DNA of 64,000 nt, taken from assembly GCA_031382385.1 (NCBI GenBank), contig JANMYS010000026.1, positions 3,954 to 67,953 on the forward strand. Reading direction: 5' to 3'. The position numbers and the translations under genes were made by a program. The notes under the pieces were generated by a model that ran no database searches, had not been told where the DNA came from, and saw only the letters and a program-made list of their open reading frames with translations. Positions 26,540 through 35,622 of this stretch are shown piece by piece (within the stretch, counting starts at the first letter, position 1; every line of letters starts with the position of its first letter). This DNA is from Gemmatimonadota bacterium. GTDB taxonomy: Bacteria > Gemmatimonadota > Gemmatimonadetes > Gemmatimonadales > GWC2-71-9.

Positions 26540-27324
26540 GCCCGCAGCACGGCGACGATGATCGCTGCCAGCACGAAGATGACGGCGATCGAGCCGACCG
26601 TGCCGCGGATCACCGCCTGCGGAATCTCGGTCGGGCCACGCCGAACGGAGAGCCCTTCATAGCTCGGGATCAGTCCGATCACCAGTCCGAAAATGAGCCC
26701 CTTGATCGCTGTCAGGACGACGTCGAGCGTCGTCAGCTGGGCCAGCACGATGCTGAAGTACCGCGCCCCGCTCATCCCGCCGATCACGCCGGCGGCGAGA
26801 TAGCCGCCGCCGATAGCGATCACGTCGAACAGGATCATCAGCGTGCAGACCGAAACCACGCAGCCGAACAGGCGGGGCAGGACGAGGTAGTGGAACGGGT
26901 CGATTCCCATCCCTTCGAGGGCGCGCACCTCTCCGAGGACGGTGTTGGTGGCGAGTTCCGCGGCGATCGCGGTGCCGCTCCGGCCGACGATGGCCAGGGC
27001 GGTGAGCAGCGGCCCGAGCTCCCGCACGATCACGACGACCATGAGCTGCCCGATCAGTTCCGACGCCCCCACCTTGTCCAGCTGGGCGATGGCGCTGGAG
27101 ATGGTGAGGTAGCTCAGGACGGTCGACAGCAGGACGATCAGGCCGACGGCTTCAAGTGCGGTGAAGCGGAGCTGATTGAGCAGCACCCGCGCCGCCACCC
27201 GCCTGCCGGCGCCGGGCAGGCTGGGCAGCGAGCTGAAGGCCTCAAAAGCGAAGCGCGCCAGCGCGCCCACCCGGGCGAGCCAGCGCGCCGTCCCACGCCC
27301 AATGGCGGCGAGGAAATCGATCAC
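26536..27324 (-). CDS. mlaE: MlaE-family ABC transporter permease
   Basis: 262 aa. VIVRELGPLLTALAIVGRSGTAIAAELATNTVLGEVRALEGMGIDPFHYLVLPR is the hallmark MlaE segment. Multiple TM helices. Confidence 0.85.
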   Translation of the reverse strand: MIDFLAAIGRGTARWLARVGALARFAFEAFSSLPSLPGAGRRVAARVLLNQLRFTALEAVGLIVLLSTVLSYLTISSAIAQLDKVGASELIGQLMVVVIVRELGPLLTALAIVGRSGTAIAAELATNTVLGEVRALEGMGIDPFHYLVLPRLFGCVVSVCTLMILFDVIAIGGGYLAAGVIGGMSGARYFSIVLAQLTTLDVVLTAIKGLIFGLVIGLIPSYEGLSVRRGPTEIPQAVIRGTVGSIAVIFVLAAIIVAVLRA

Positions 27325-27328
27325 CGGC

Positions 27329-28054
27329 TCAGCCGCCGCTGATCTTCTTCAACCCCTCATTCGCCTCGGCGTAGTCGGGGAAGACATCAATGGCCTTGCG
27401 GTAGAACTCCGCGGCCTTCGTCTTGTCACCCCGATCCTGGTAGAGCAGGGCGCGGCTGTAGTAGGTGAGCGCCTCGGTGGGCACGTTGCGCGCCCGTACC
27501 GCGCGGCTCATCTCCGCGGTGAGTGCCGGCAGCTTCGTTTCGGCCATCAGCCGCTCCGCCACCGTCTGCAGCAGCTTGAACAGCTCTTCCCGCTTCTCGA
27601 ACTTGGGGTCGCTGCGGACCACCTTGAGGATTTCGCTGGTTTCGACATCGACAATGCGGGCATCGACCCGGAAACGGCCGTACAGGTCGACGAAGCTGCC
27701 CATCACCATGTACCGGGCGCCGACCAGCTTGCCGATCTTCGCGGCGGTTGCCGCATCGGCCCGGCCGTCCTTGCCGAGGTTCTGCTCGTCCAGCAGCCGC
27801 TGGACGCTGCTGCGGTCCACGATGCGCGCGGCGGGATTCTGGGCCAGCTCGCTGATGAGCATGCCGGCGATGCCCTTCTCCAGCGCTTCGAAATTTTCCT
27901 TGTCCTGCCCGTAGGAACCGCCGTTCTCGAACGGCATGACCGCGATGCCGGGACGGGAATCCTGCGCCTGGAGTGCCGGGAGCGCGGGCGATGTAAGCAG
28001 GGCCGCGAGAGCGAGCGCGAACAGCTGTCGAGACTGCATAGTGTTGTACCTCAT
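27329..28054 (-). CDS. Exported CsgG/LpoB-like domain protein with a C-terminal TPR segment
   Basis: 241 aa with signal peptide LFALALAALLTSPALPALQAQ. IAVMPFENGG...GIAGMLISEL...VDRSSVQRLLDEQNL...IGKLVGARYMVMGSF resembles CsgG-like periplasmic lipoprotein folds. The C-terminus ALTYYSRALLYQDRGDKTKAAEFYRKAIDVFPDYAEA is TPR-like. The ATG at 28054 overlaps the MBL stop (TGATG); the ATG at 28039 is an alternative. Confidence 0.55.
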   Translation of the reverse strand: MRYNTMQSRQLFALALAALLTSPALPALQAQDSRPGIAVMPFENGGSYGQDKENFEALEKGIAGMLISELAQNPAARIVDRSSVQRLLDEQNLGKDGRADAATAAKIGKLVGARYMVMGSFVDLYGRFRVDARIVDVETSEILKVVRSDPKFEKREELFKLLQTVAERLMAETKLPALTAEMSRAVRARNVPTEALTYYSRALLYQDRGDKTKAAEFYRKAIDVFPDYAEANEGLKKISGG

Positions 28055-28920
28055 CAGAGAGACAGGGCCATACCTTCCTTGGCCGCATCGACCACCAGGC
28101 CGGGCGCGTGGGCCGCGGCATAACTCCGGGCGCCGATCAGCATGGCGTCCACTGCACTGTCATCGTGTTCCGGCTCATGGTGAAACAGCACCAGCCGACG
28201 GCACCCCGCCTCGTGCGCCAGGTCAACCGCCTGTTCGGGGGTCGAATGCCCCCAGCCGGCCCGCGACTCGATCATGGCTTCGGAGTACATCCCGTCATGA
28301 ATCAACGTATCGACCCCCTGCAGGAATCTCACCAGTCCGGCCCGCCAGTCCGGTCCGACGTCGTAGCTGCCCCCGGTGCCAAGCTCGTTGTCGGTGATGT
28401 AGGCCATAGTCCGCCCGCCGCGCGCCGGGACCAGCTTGTAGCCCAGGGTGTTGCCCGGGTGCCGCAGCCGATAGGCTTCGACCAGAAATCCGTCGATCTC
28501 GAAGGTACCACTGACCACCTCGGTGATGGTCAAATCGGCCGTGAGCGCCTTCAACGGTACCGGGAACACAACCGGGTCCATCTGCCGGTCGAGGATCTCC
28601 TCCAGCGGGACGCCCGCTTGCGCGGCCCCGAAGATCCGCACCGTGTTCCCCTTGGTGTTCAGCGGCTGGAAGAACGGCAGCCCCTGAATGTGGTCCCAGT
28701 GGGTATGCGACAGCAGGATGTCCAGGTTCATGGCGCCGCTCGAGGCCCGCATCAGCTCGCGCCCCAGCAGCCGGATCCCGCTCCCCGCGTCGAGGATGAC
28801 CAGCTGGTCACGATTCCCGGAGACCGCGACGCAGGAGGTGTTTCCCCCGTAGCGCGCGGTATGGACGCCGGGTGTAGGAATCGACCCCCGGGTGCCCCAG
28901 AACGTGACAGTGTAGGTCAC
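28054..28920 (-). CDS. MBL-fold metallo-hydrolase
   Basis: 288 aa. VTFWGTRGSIPTPG, YGGNTSCVAV, and the metal-binding motif LLSHTHWDHIQG (HxHxDH). Confidence 0.8.
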   Translation of the reverse strand: MTYTVTFWGTRGSIPTPGVHTARYGGNTSCVAVSGNRDQLVILDAGSGIRLLGRELMRASSGAMNLDILLSHTHWDHIQGLPFFQPLNTKGNTVRIFGAAQAGVPLEEILDRQMDPVVFPVPLKALTADLTITEVVSGTFEIDGFLVEAYRLRHPGNTLGYKLVPARGGRTMAYITDNELGTGGSYDVGPDWRAGLVRFLQGVDTLIHDGMYSEAMIESRAGWGHSTPEQAVDLAHEAGCRRLVLFHHEPEHDDSAVDAMLIGARSYAAAHAPGLVVDAAKEGMALSL

Positions 28921-28980
28921 TGTGCCTCGCGAATCACGGGTGCTGAGCTTGCAAGGAGCCTGCCAGTGAGACGGTGGGGA

Positions 28981-29005
28981 CGGCGCACACGGGCGGTGTG
29001 CGCCG
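28981..29005 (-). terminator. GC-rich hairpin immediately after the crp-family stop (10-bp stem, no U-tract)
   Basis: cggcgcacac-gggcg-gtgtgcgccg, read directly, 3 nt downstream of the stop at 29008. The lack of a U-run makes terminator function uncertain. Confidence 0.35.
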
Positions 29006-29007
29006 GA

Positions 29008-29685
29008 TCACGACCGCCCGGCGGCGCGCTCGAGCAGCGGGCGATTGACGATGGTGATTTCCTTGCGGCTGACCTGAATCAGGCCCCGCTCCACGAAATC
29101 CCGCATCGTCCGGGAGACGGTCTCCCGGCTCGATCCGATCATCTGCGCGATCACATGATGGGTGATCTTCTTCGTGACCATGTCACCGCCCTCCTCCTCG
29201 GCGAGGCGCAGGACCAGATCGGCCACCCGCCCGTTCACGTCGAGCAGTACCAGGCTGCCGATCTTCTCATCGGCCCGGCGCAGCCGGCGGGACAGCTCCC
29301 GCATGAGGGCGATCGCCACCTCCGGCGAGCTGCGGAGGCGGGCCTGGAAGTCTTCGCGCCGCAGCACCAGCACGGCGGCGTCGATCATGGCGATCACCGT
29401 GGCGGAGCGGGGCTGATCGTCGATCAGCGACATTTCGCCGAAGAAGCTGCCCTCGCCCAACACGGACAGGATGACCTCGCGACCGTCCTCCCCGATCAGA
29501 ACCACCTTGACCTGGCCGGAGGCCACGAGATAGAGCGCGTCGCCGGGATCGTCTTCGAAGACAATGACGCTCCCCTTCGGGTAGGTCCGTTCACGGACCA
29601 GCTCGGAGAAGGCGGTAATGTCACCCTCTCGCATAGTGGCAAAGAGCGGGACCTTCTTCAGTACCTCAAGCGGGCTGAGCGGCAA
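29008..29685 (-). CDS. Crp/Fnr family transcriptional regulator
   Basis: The cNMP-binding domain includes [22 protein letters not shown] and [17 protein letters not shown]. The HTH is [23 protein letters not shown]. The track start at 29859 adds 58 non-conserved codons and reaches to within 12 nt of the rpmE start. I prefer the in-frame TTG at 29685, which gives a typical family length of ~225 aa. Confidence 0.8.
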   Translation of the reverse strand: MPLSPLEVLKKVPLFATMREGDITAFSELVRERTYPKGSVIVFEDDPGDALYLVASGQVKVVLIGEDGREVILSVLGEGSFFGEMSLIDDQPRSATVIAMIDAAVLVLRREDFQARLRSSPEVAIALMRELSRRLRRADEKIGSLVLLDVNGRVADLVLRLAEEEGGDMVTKKITHHVIAQMIGSSRETVSRTMRDFVERGLIQVSRKEITIVNRPLLERAAGRS

Positions 29686-29778
29686 AGTGCCCTCAATGTT
29701 GTGGAAGTGTCGGTCCCTACGATACTTATGTCGTTTCAGCCTGTCAAACAGCCCCCACGGCACCAGTCGGGGGTGAGG

Positions 29779-29808
29779 TTGTTCCACCGGGGGAAGGGCT
29801 GCTATATT
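29779..29808 (+). promoter_or_regulatory. Possible sigma70 promoter for rpmE-prfA-prmC (TTGTTC-18 nt-TATATT)
   Basis: Hexamers at 29779-84 and 29803-08, followed by the AAGGAG RBS and the GTG start at 29871. Confidence 0.35.
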
Positions 29809-29870
29809 CCCCGGCTGCGAAATCCAGACTGTTTCACGGCCCCGTCCGCGGGGTATCAAGGAGCGATGTC

Positions 29871-30089
29871 GTGAAGGCCAATCTTCATCCGAAGTATCAG
29901 AAGGTCACGGTGCAGTGCGCCTGTGGCAACGCCTTTGAGACGCGGTCGACCAGCAGCGCCGTCAAGGTCGACATCTGCGCCAAGTGCCATCCGTACTTCA
30001 CCGGCAAGACGCGGCTCATCGATACCCAGGGTCGGGTCGACCGCTTCCGCAAGAAGTACGCAGGCGACAAGGCCACGGCCCAGAGCTGA
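29871..30089 (+). CDS. rpmE: 50S ribosomal protein L31 (Zn-ribbon type A)
   Basis: 72 aa. [27 protein letters not shown]...[12 protein letters not shown] with CxxG...CxxC cysteines. Confidence 0.95.
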   Translation: MKANLHPKYQKVTVQCACGNAFETRSTSSAVKVDICAKCHPYFTGKTRLIDTQGRVDRFRKKYAGDKATAQS

Positions 30090-30092
30090 GCC

Positions 30093-31151
30093 ATGGAGGC
30101 CAGACTCCGCCAGGCGCTCGCCCGGGCGGAGGATGTCGCCAAGGCGTTGGCCGACCCCTCGACCACCAGTGACCCGGCCAGGCTGAAATCGCTCGGCCGG
30201 GAGTACACCCGCCTCCTTCCCATCGTCCGTGCCTCCGACCGGCTCGACCGGCTCCAGCTGGAGCTTGCCCAGGCTCGCGAGCTGGCTTCCGAATCCGATC
30301 CCGAGATGGTCGAGATGGCACAGGCCGATCTCGACCGCCTCCCCCCGCTGATTACCGCCGCCGAAGCGGAATTGCACGACCTCCTGCTGCCGCAGGATCC
30401 GCTCGATGATCGCGATGCGATCGTCGAGGTCCGGGCGGGGACCGGCGGCGACGAAGCCGCGCTCTTCGCCGCGGACCTCTTCCGGATGTACCAGCGGTTC
30501 ATCCAGCGGAAGGGCCTCACGCTCGAGATGATTTCGGTCAGCGACGGCACATCCGGTGGGCTGAAGGAAGCGATCTTCGCCGTGCGGGGGGCGGATGCCT
30601 TCGGGTTGCTGCGCCGGGAGGCCGGGGTGCACCGGGTACAGCGCGTGCCGGCTACCGAGTCGCAAGGGCGCATCCACACCTCCGCTGCCACGGTGGCGGT
30701 CCTGCCGGAAGCCGAGGAAGTGGATGTCTCGATCCACCCGAACGACCTGAAGATCGACGTCTTCCGCGCCTCGGGGCCGGGTGGCCAGAGCGTGAACACC
30801 ACCGACAGCGCGGTGCGGATTACCCATCTGCCCACCGGTCTGGTCGTCTCGCAGCAGGACCAGAAGTCCCAGCTCCAGAACAAACTCAAGGGCATGGAAG
30901 TGCTGCGCGCCCGCCTGCTGGACCGTCGTATAGCCGAGCAGGAGTCGGCCCGGTCCCGAGAGCGCCGTTTGATGGTGGGCACCGGGGACCGTTCGGCCAA
31001 GATCCGGACGTACAACTACCCGCAGAGCCGGGTCACCGATCACCGGATCAACGTCTCGGTGCACAATCTCCCCGACGTGCTGGATGGAGCGCTCGACGGG
31101 TTCATCGATGCCTTGCGCATGGCCAGTCGCCATGAACAGGATGGTGACTGA
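30093..31151 (+). CDS. prfA: Peptide chain release factor 1
   Basis: 352 aa. PAT tripeptide (RVPATESQGRIHTS) and GGQ (SGPGGQSVNTTDSAVRITH). Confidence 0.95.
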   Translation: MEARLRQALARAEDVAKALADPSTTSDPARLKSLGREYTRLLPIVRASDRLDRLQLELAQARELASESDPEMVEMAQADLDRLPPLITAAEAELHDLLLPQDPLDDRDAIVEVRAGTGGDEAALFAADLFRMYQRFIQRKGLTLEMISVSDGTSGGLKEAIFAVRGADAFGLLRREAGVHRVQRVPATESQGRIHTSAATVAVLPEAEEVDVSIHPNDLKIDVFRASGPGGQSVNTTDSAVRITHLPTGLVVSQQDQKSQLQNKLKGMEVLRARLLDRRIAEQESARSRERRLMVGTGDRSAKIRTYNYPQSRVTDHRINVSVHNLPDVLDGALDGFIDALRMASRHEQDGD

Positions 31152-32004
31152 CGCCGAGGCAGGCCCCCGGCTGGCGGATCTGCTGCGCACCGGTGCTGCC
31201 CGGCTGGCGCGGGGTGGGGTCGATGATCCTCGCCGCGAGGCGAGCCGGATCTGGGCGGATCTGGCAGGAATGGTGCCGGGTGACGCGTCACGAATGGCCG
31301 ACGGGCCAGTGGGCCGGGACCTCGTCGTGCGGTTCGATGGGGCGATCGAGCGGCGGGCCGCCGGCGAACCGCTGCCCTACGTCACCGGGCTCGCAGGCTT
31401 CCGGCGCCTCACCCTGCATGCCGACCGGCGAGCCCTGATCCCGCGGCCGGAGACCGAAGGGCTGGTGGAACTGGTCCTGACCCATGCGCCGGTCGGGCGG
31501 GTGGTGGATATCGGCACCGGGACCGGCTGCATCGCGCTCGCGCTCGCTCAGGAAGGGCGATACGATTCGGTCGTCGCCGTCGATCAGTCCGCCGATGCCC
31601 TCGCCCTGGCACGGGAGAATCGCCGGGCAACCGAGCTTCGCATCGAGCTGGTGCGGTCCGACCTGCTCGTGGCTTTTGGGCCGGGCGCCTTTGACGTTAT
31701 CGTGTCCAATCCGCCCTATCTGACGGTGGCGGAGTACGCCTCCCTCGATCGCTCGGTGCGGGATTGGGAGCCGGCGGCGGCGTTGCCGAGTGGTGCGGAC
31801 GGGCTGGAGGCCACTCGCCGGCTGATGGGGGAGGCGCTCGACCGGCTCCGGCCCGGGGGCCTGCTCGCCCTCGAAGTGGATGCGAGCCGGGCGCAGGATG
31901 TGGCAGAGCTGGGCCGGGCGCCGGGCTGGACCGGTGTCACGGTGCACCATGACCTTTTCAACCGTGCGCGCTACCTGCTCGCATGGAGGAGCGAATTCTC
32001 GTGA
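31132..32004 (+). CDS. prmC: Release factor glutamine-N5 methyltransferase PrmC
   Basis: Track ORF 31084..32004, trimmed to ATG 31132 (MNRMVTD); 31141 is also possible. Motifs: SAM-binding VVDIGTGTGCIALAL and catalytic IVSNPPY. It overlaps the prfA 3' end. Confidence 0.85.
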   Translation: MNRMVTDAEAGPRLADLLRTGAARLARGGVDDPRREASRIWADLAGMVPGDASRMADGPVGRDLVVRFDGAIERRAAGEPLPYVTGLAGFRRLTLHADRRALIPRPETEGLVELVLTHAPVGRVVDIGTGTGCIALALAQEGRYDSVVAVDQSADALALARENRRATELRIELVRSDLLVAFGPGAFDVIVSNPPYLTVAEYASLDRSVRDWEPAAALPSGADGLEATRRLMGEALDRLRPGGLLALEVDASRAQDVAELGRAPGWTGVTVHHDLFNRARYLLAWRSEFS

Positions 32005-32354
32005 TTTGGGACAAGGCAGAGGAGCTGGGGCGGTTGATCGGGCAGACGGCGGAATACAAGGCGCTTCGCCGGGCGGAGACGGTCCTCCGGGAAGATGCCG
32101 ACGCCCAGGCCAAGGTGACACTCATCCAGAAGCTCGCCCGGCAGATGGACGAGTTGGTGACCCAGGGGCAGATGCCTGACCAGGCGACCGCCGAGACCTA
32201 CGAGAACGCCGTCCGGGAGCTGGAAGTGAGCCCGATCGGGCAGGCCTATGCCGTCGGCCGGGCCAACTTCGAAAAGGTCATGGTCAAGGTGAACCAGCTG
32301 ATCGCGCAGGGGATGGAGAAGGGCGCCACCAGCAGCATCATCACGCTGGGATGA
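31983..32354 (+). CDS. YlbF/YmcA-like (UPF0342) helical protein
   Basis: 123 aa. IWDKAEELGRLIGQTAEYKALRRAE...DAQAKVTLIQKLARQMDEL resembles YlbF-family proteins. The start may be the GTG at 32001, which overlaps the prmC stop (GTGA). Confidence 0.5.
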   Translation: MEERILVIWDKAEELGRLIGQTAEYKALRRAETVLREDADAQAKVTLIQKLARQMDELVTQGQMPDQATAETYENAVRELEVSPIGQAYAVGRANFEKVMVKVNQLIAQGMEKGATSSIITLG

Positions 32355-32989
32355 GTCGCGGCTGGTTTCTGGCAGTGGAAGGCCCCGAAGGGGCGGGGAA
32401 GAGCACTCTGGTCCGGGCGCTCGCGGATCGCTTTCTGGCGGCGGGGCTCGACCCGGTGCTGGTCCGGGAGCCGGGCGGAACCCCGGTCGCCGAGCGGATT
32501 CGGGCGGTACTGCTCGATCCGACCCACGGGATCGAACCGGTCAGTGAACTCTTCCTGTTTCTTGCCGCCCGGGCGGATCTGGTCGCCCGGGTCATCCGTC
32601 CGGCGCTTGCGGCCGGGAGGCCGGTGCTGGCCGACCGGTTCCAGCTCTCGACCGAGGCCTATCAGTGTGGCGGCCGGGGCCTTCCGCGCGAGCTGTTCCA
32701 GGCCGCAAACCTGGCGGCCACCGGCGGCCTAGCTCCCGACCTGACCCTGGTGCTCGATCTGCCGCCGGAACTCGGCTTCGCCCGCATCCGTACCACCGGC
32801 GGGACGCTGGACCGCATCGAACAGGCTGGGGCGGCGTTTCACGCCCGAGTCGCCGAGGTATTCCGGAACGCGACAGGCGCCTCCCTGGTGCATCTGGACG
32901 CGACCCAGTCGTCGGAACAGGTCTTGCAAGCTGCTTGGTCCGCAGCGCGCGCCCTGCTCACCGGCGCACCGAGGACCGACCGACATTAG
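32351..32989 (+). CDS. tmk: Thymidylate kinase
   Basis: 212 aa. P-loop FLAVEGPEGAGKST, REPGGT, and LADRFQLSTEAYQ. Confidence 0.9.
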   Translation: MSRGWFLAVEGPEGAGKSTLVRALADRFLAAGLDPVLVREPGGTPVAERIRAVLLDPTHGIEPVSELFLFLAARADLVARVIRPALAAGRPVLADRFQLSTEAYQCGGRGLPRELFQAANLAATGGLAPDLTLVLDLPPELGFARIRTTGGTLDRIEQAGAAFHARVAEVFRNATGASLVHLDATQSSEQVLQAAWSAARALLTGAPRTDRH

Positions 32990-33050
32990 TTTACAGGGGT
33001 AGGCCCCACCCAGAGAGAACACTTCACGGGGCCGGCATCTGGAGGACGGC

Positions 33051-34685
33051 ATGCGACAGCGTTGGGGCCTGATCGCCCTTGTGGCGGTGATTTCCTTTTT
33101 TACCGGTGGCTGGCTGCTGCAGCGCGGTACGACCCGGGACGGCAATGTCTACCAGCAGGCGCGCCTGTTTGATGACGTGCTGTCGCACGTCAGCGCCTAT
33201 TACGTGGATTCGATTCCCGAGACCGAGCTCTACCAGCGGGCGACCACAGGGTTGCTCGATCAGCTCAAGGACCCCTACTCCGTCCTGCTCCAGGGTGATG
33301 ACTACAAGGCCCTGACCGAGACGACGACCGGCAACTACGGTGGGCTCGGTATTCAGATCGATGTCCGCGACGGGTGGATCACGGTGGTGGCTCCGCTGCC
33401 GGAGACGCCGGCGGAGCGCGCCGGGGTGGAGACCGGCGACCAGATTATCTCGGTTGATGCCAAGTCCACCGAAGGCTGGACCAGCGATCAGGCCATCAAG
33501 GCCCTGCGTGGGATCGCGGGAAGCGAGGTCGAGCTCAAGGTCCGCCGGATTGGTTTCAGCACCGCGCTGACCTACAAGCTGACCCGGGCGGTCATTCACG
33601 TCCGTTCCGTTCCGCCCGGCAATCTCTTCCCCGGCGGGATCGGCTACATCTCGCTGAGCCCGGTCTCCGAGACCTCGACCCAGGAGCTGCGCAAGGAGAT
33701 CACGGCGCTGCTGGCCAAGGGCATGAAGAGCCTCGTGTTCGACCTGCGCGGCAATCCCGGCGGTCTGCTCGACCAGGGCGTGAAGGTCTCCGACCTGTTC
33801 CTCGATGGCCAGCAGCAGATTGTTCAGACCCGTGGCCGGGCGCGGGGGGCCACCAAGACCTTCGTCGACGATGCACGGCAGGAATGGCCTGCCCTGCCGA
33901 TCGTCGTGCTGGTCAATGACGGTACCGCGAGTGCGGCGGAGATCATCTCCGGCGCCCTGCAGGATCACGATCGCGCGGTTGTGGTCGGGACGCCGACGTT
34001 TGGAAAGGGGCTGGTCCAGACCCTCTTTCCCTTCTCGGACAACACCGCACTCAAGCTGACCACCGGCCGGTGGTACACCCCGAGCGGCCGGACCATCCAG
34101 CGTGTCGCCCGCAACGAGGTGGACCAGTACCACCAGGCCGCGCTGGAGGCAGATGGGGTGAAGGACTCGAGCGTCACCGATACCGTCGCTCGTCCGGTCT
34201 TTCGCACCGATGCCGGCCGGCTGGTGCGGGGCGGGGGTGGGATCGTTCCGGACCTCATCGTCCGCCAGGACAGTCTGTCCGGGAACGAGCGGGCCTTCGC
34301 GACGGCCCTGGCCGCCAAGTCAGCGGAGTATCGTGACGCGCTCACCGCGACGGCGCTGGACCTGAAGAACAACCACGGGGTGACGACCGAAGACTTCGCC
34401 GTCACCGCGGTGATGCGCGCCGCGGTCCTCCGCCGGATGCGCGCCAAAGGTGTCGAGCTGGCCGATACCACCTTCGTCAGGGCGCAATCGCTCGTCGACG
34501 AACAGCTGGGCTACGAAGTGGCGCGCTATGTGTTCGGACGACCGGCGGAGTTCCGCCGCCGCGCGCGCGACGATCGTCAGATGCAGGTGGCCCTGGACCT
34601 TCTGCGTCGGGCCCAGTCGCCTAAGGACCTGATCGGCCTGGCGATGACGCACGCCTCGGCCGCACCCACCGTGCAGCGGAACTAG
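33051..34685 (+). CDS. ctpA: S41-family carboxyl-terminal processing peptidase with a PDZ domain
   Basis: 544 aa with a signal/TM segment (LIALVAVISFFTGGWLL). PDZ domain: GGLGIQI...VVAPLPETPAERAGV. Catalytic motifs: RGNPGGLL and GTASAAEIISGALQD...GTPTFGKG. Confidence 0.9.
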   Translation: MRQRWGLIALVAVISFFTGGWLLQRGTTRDGNVYQQARLFDDVLSHVSAYYVDSIPETELYQRATTGLLDQLKDPYSVLLQGDDYKALTETTTGNYGGLGIQIDVRDGWITVVAPLPETPAERAGVETGDQIISVDAKSTEGWTSDQAIKALRGIAGSEVELKVRRIGFSTALTYKLTRAVIHVRSVPPGNLFPGGIGYISLSPVSETSTQELRKEITALLAKGMKSLVFDLRGNPGGLLDQGVKVSDLFLDGQQQIVQTRGRARGATKTFVDDARQEWPALPIVVLVNDGTASAAEIISGALQDHDRAVVVGTPTFGKGLVQTLFPFSDNTALKLTTGRWYTPSGRTIQRVARNEVDQYHQAALEADGVKDSSVTDTVARPVFRTDAGRLVRGGGGIVPDLIVRQDSLSGNERAFATALAAKSAEYRDALTATALDLKNNHGVTTEDFAVTAVMRAAVLRRMRAKGVELADTTFVRAQSLVDEQLGYEVARYVFGRPAEFRRRARDDRQMQVALDLLRRAQSPKDLIGLAMTHASAAPTVQRN

Positions 34686-34720
34686 CCCGGCGCCAGGTCC
34701 GCACCGGTCAACCCCATGTT

Positions 34721-34758
34721 CGCCCGGACGATCCGCGGTTTCGCGAGTCGTCCGGGCG
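34721..34758 (+). terminator. Stem-loop downstream of ctpA (11-bp stem CGCCCGGACGA / TCGTCCGGGCG, then TTCTCAT)
   Basis: Read directly. It lies 36 nt after the ctpA TAG and has a short T-rich tail. Confidence 0.45.
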
Positions 34759-34777
34759 TTCTCATGTCCGCCGCCCG

Positions 34778-35611
34778 GTGGCCCGCGTGATCGCCATCGT
34801 CGGTGGTGGGCGGATGGGTCGGGGCCTGGCCGTCGCTCTCGCCGATGCCGATGAGCGGGTGGAGCTGTGGTCGAGGCGGGAGAGCACCGGCGGAATAACC
34901 GACGCGGTGAGTGGCGCCACGGTCGTGATCCTGGCGGTACCCGACGACGCGATCGCGCTCGTGGCCGGGCAACTCGCCTCAACGGGCGAAATAGCTCCGG
35001 ATCAGGTCGTGCTGCATCTCTCCGGGCTGCTCGACCGCGGGGCGCTTGCCGCGCTCGCACCGAGCGGCGCCGGGCTCGGGTCGTTCCATCCGATGCAGTC
35101 AATCGCCGATCCGGCACGGGCCCGTGAAGCGTGGCGTGGTGCAGCGGTGGGTCTGGAGGGTGACTCCCGCGCAGTGGCGCAGGGCGAACGGCTGGCGGGG
35201 CTGCTTGGGCTCGTTCCTGTGCACCTGCCTCCGGGGTCCAAGCCGTTGTATCACGCCGGCGGAGTGATCGCTTCCAACTACCTCGTGGCGCTGGCCGGGT
35301 GGGCCCAGCGCCTCGGGGAGTCGGCCGGGCTGTCACCGGCGGCGGCGCTCGCGCTGTATCGGCCGATCATGTGCGGGACTGTGGAGAACCTGCGGCTCCG
35401 GGCGCCGGCCGAGGCGCTCACCGGTCCGGTGGCCCGGGGAGATGTCGCAACGATTGAGGCCCACCTGCGGGCGCTGCCGGCGGCCGACCGGCCACTGTAT
35501 GCGATGCTGGGGCTGGAGGCGCTGCGACTGGCACAACGCGCGGGGCTGGCTGAGGAGAAGGTGGCTGCCGTCGGCCGCGTCCTGCGCGAGGTGCTGCGCA
35601 CGGGTGCGTGA
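34778..35611 (+). CDS. Rossmann-fold NAD(P)-binding protein with a DUF2520-type C-terminal domain
   Basis: 277 aa. VIAIVGGGRMGRGLAVAL, then SFHPMQS and YHAGGVIASNYLVAL, which are typical of DUF2520 proteins. Confidence 0.65.
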   Translation: MARVIAIVGGGRMGRGLAVALADADERVELWSRRESTGGITDAVSGATVVILAVPDDAIALVAGQLASTGEIAPDQVVLHLSGLLDRGALAALAPSGAGLGSFHPMQSIADPARAREAWRGAAVGLEGDSRAVAQGERLAGLLGLVPVHLPPGSKPLYHAGGVIASNYLVALAGWAQRLGESAGLSPAAALALYRPIMCGTVENLRLRAPAEALTGPVARGDVATIEAHLRALPAADRPLYAMLGLEALRLAQRAGLAEEKVAAVGRVLREVLRTGA

Positions 35612-35622
35612 GGTGGCTCGGC

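Noticed and set aside
29686-29859. Longer Crp/Fnr ORF starting at 29859 (283 aa).
   Set aside because: The extra 58 residues are not part of the cNMP-binding fold and are Arg/Pro-rich. They would leave only 11 nt of divergent promoter space before rpmE. The in-frame TTG at 29685 gives the usual family length, though this remains uncertain.
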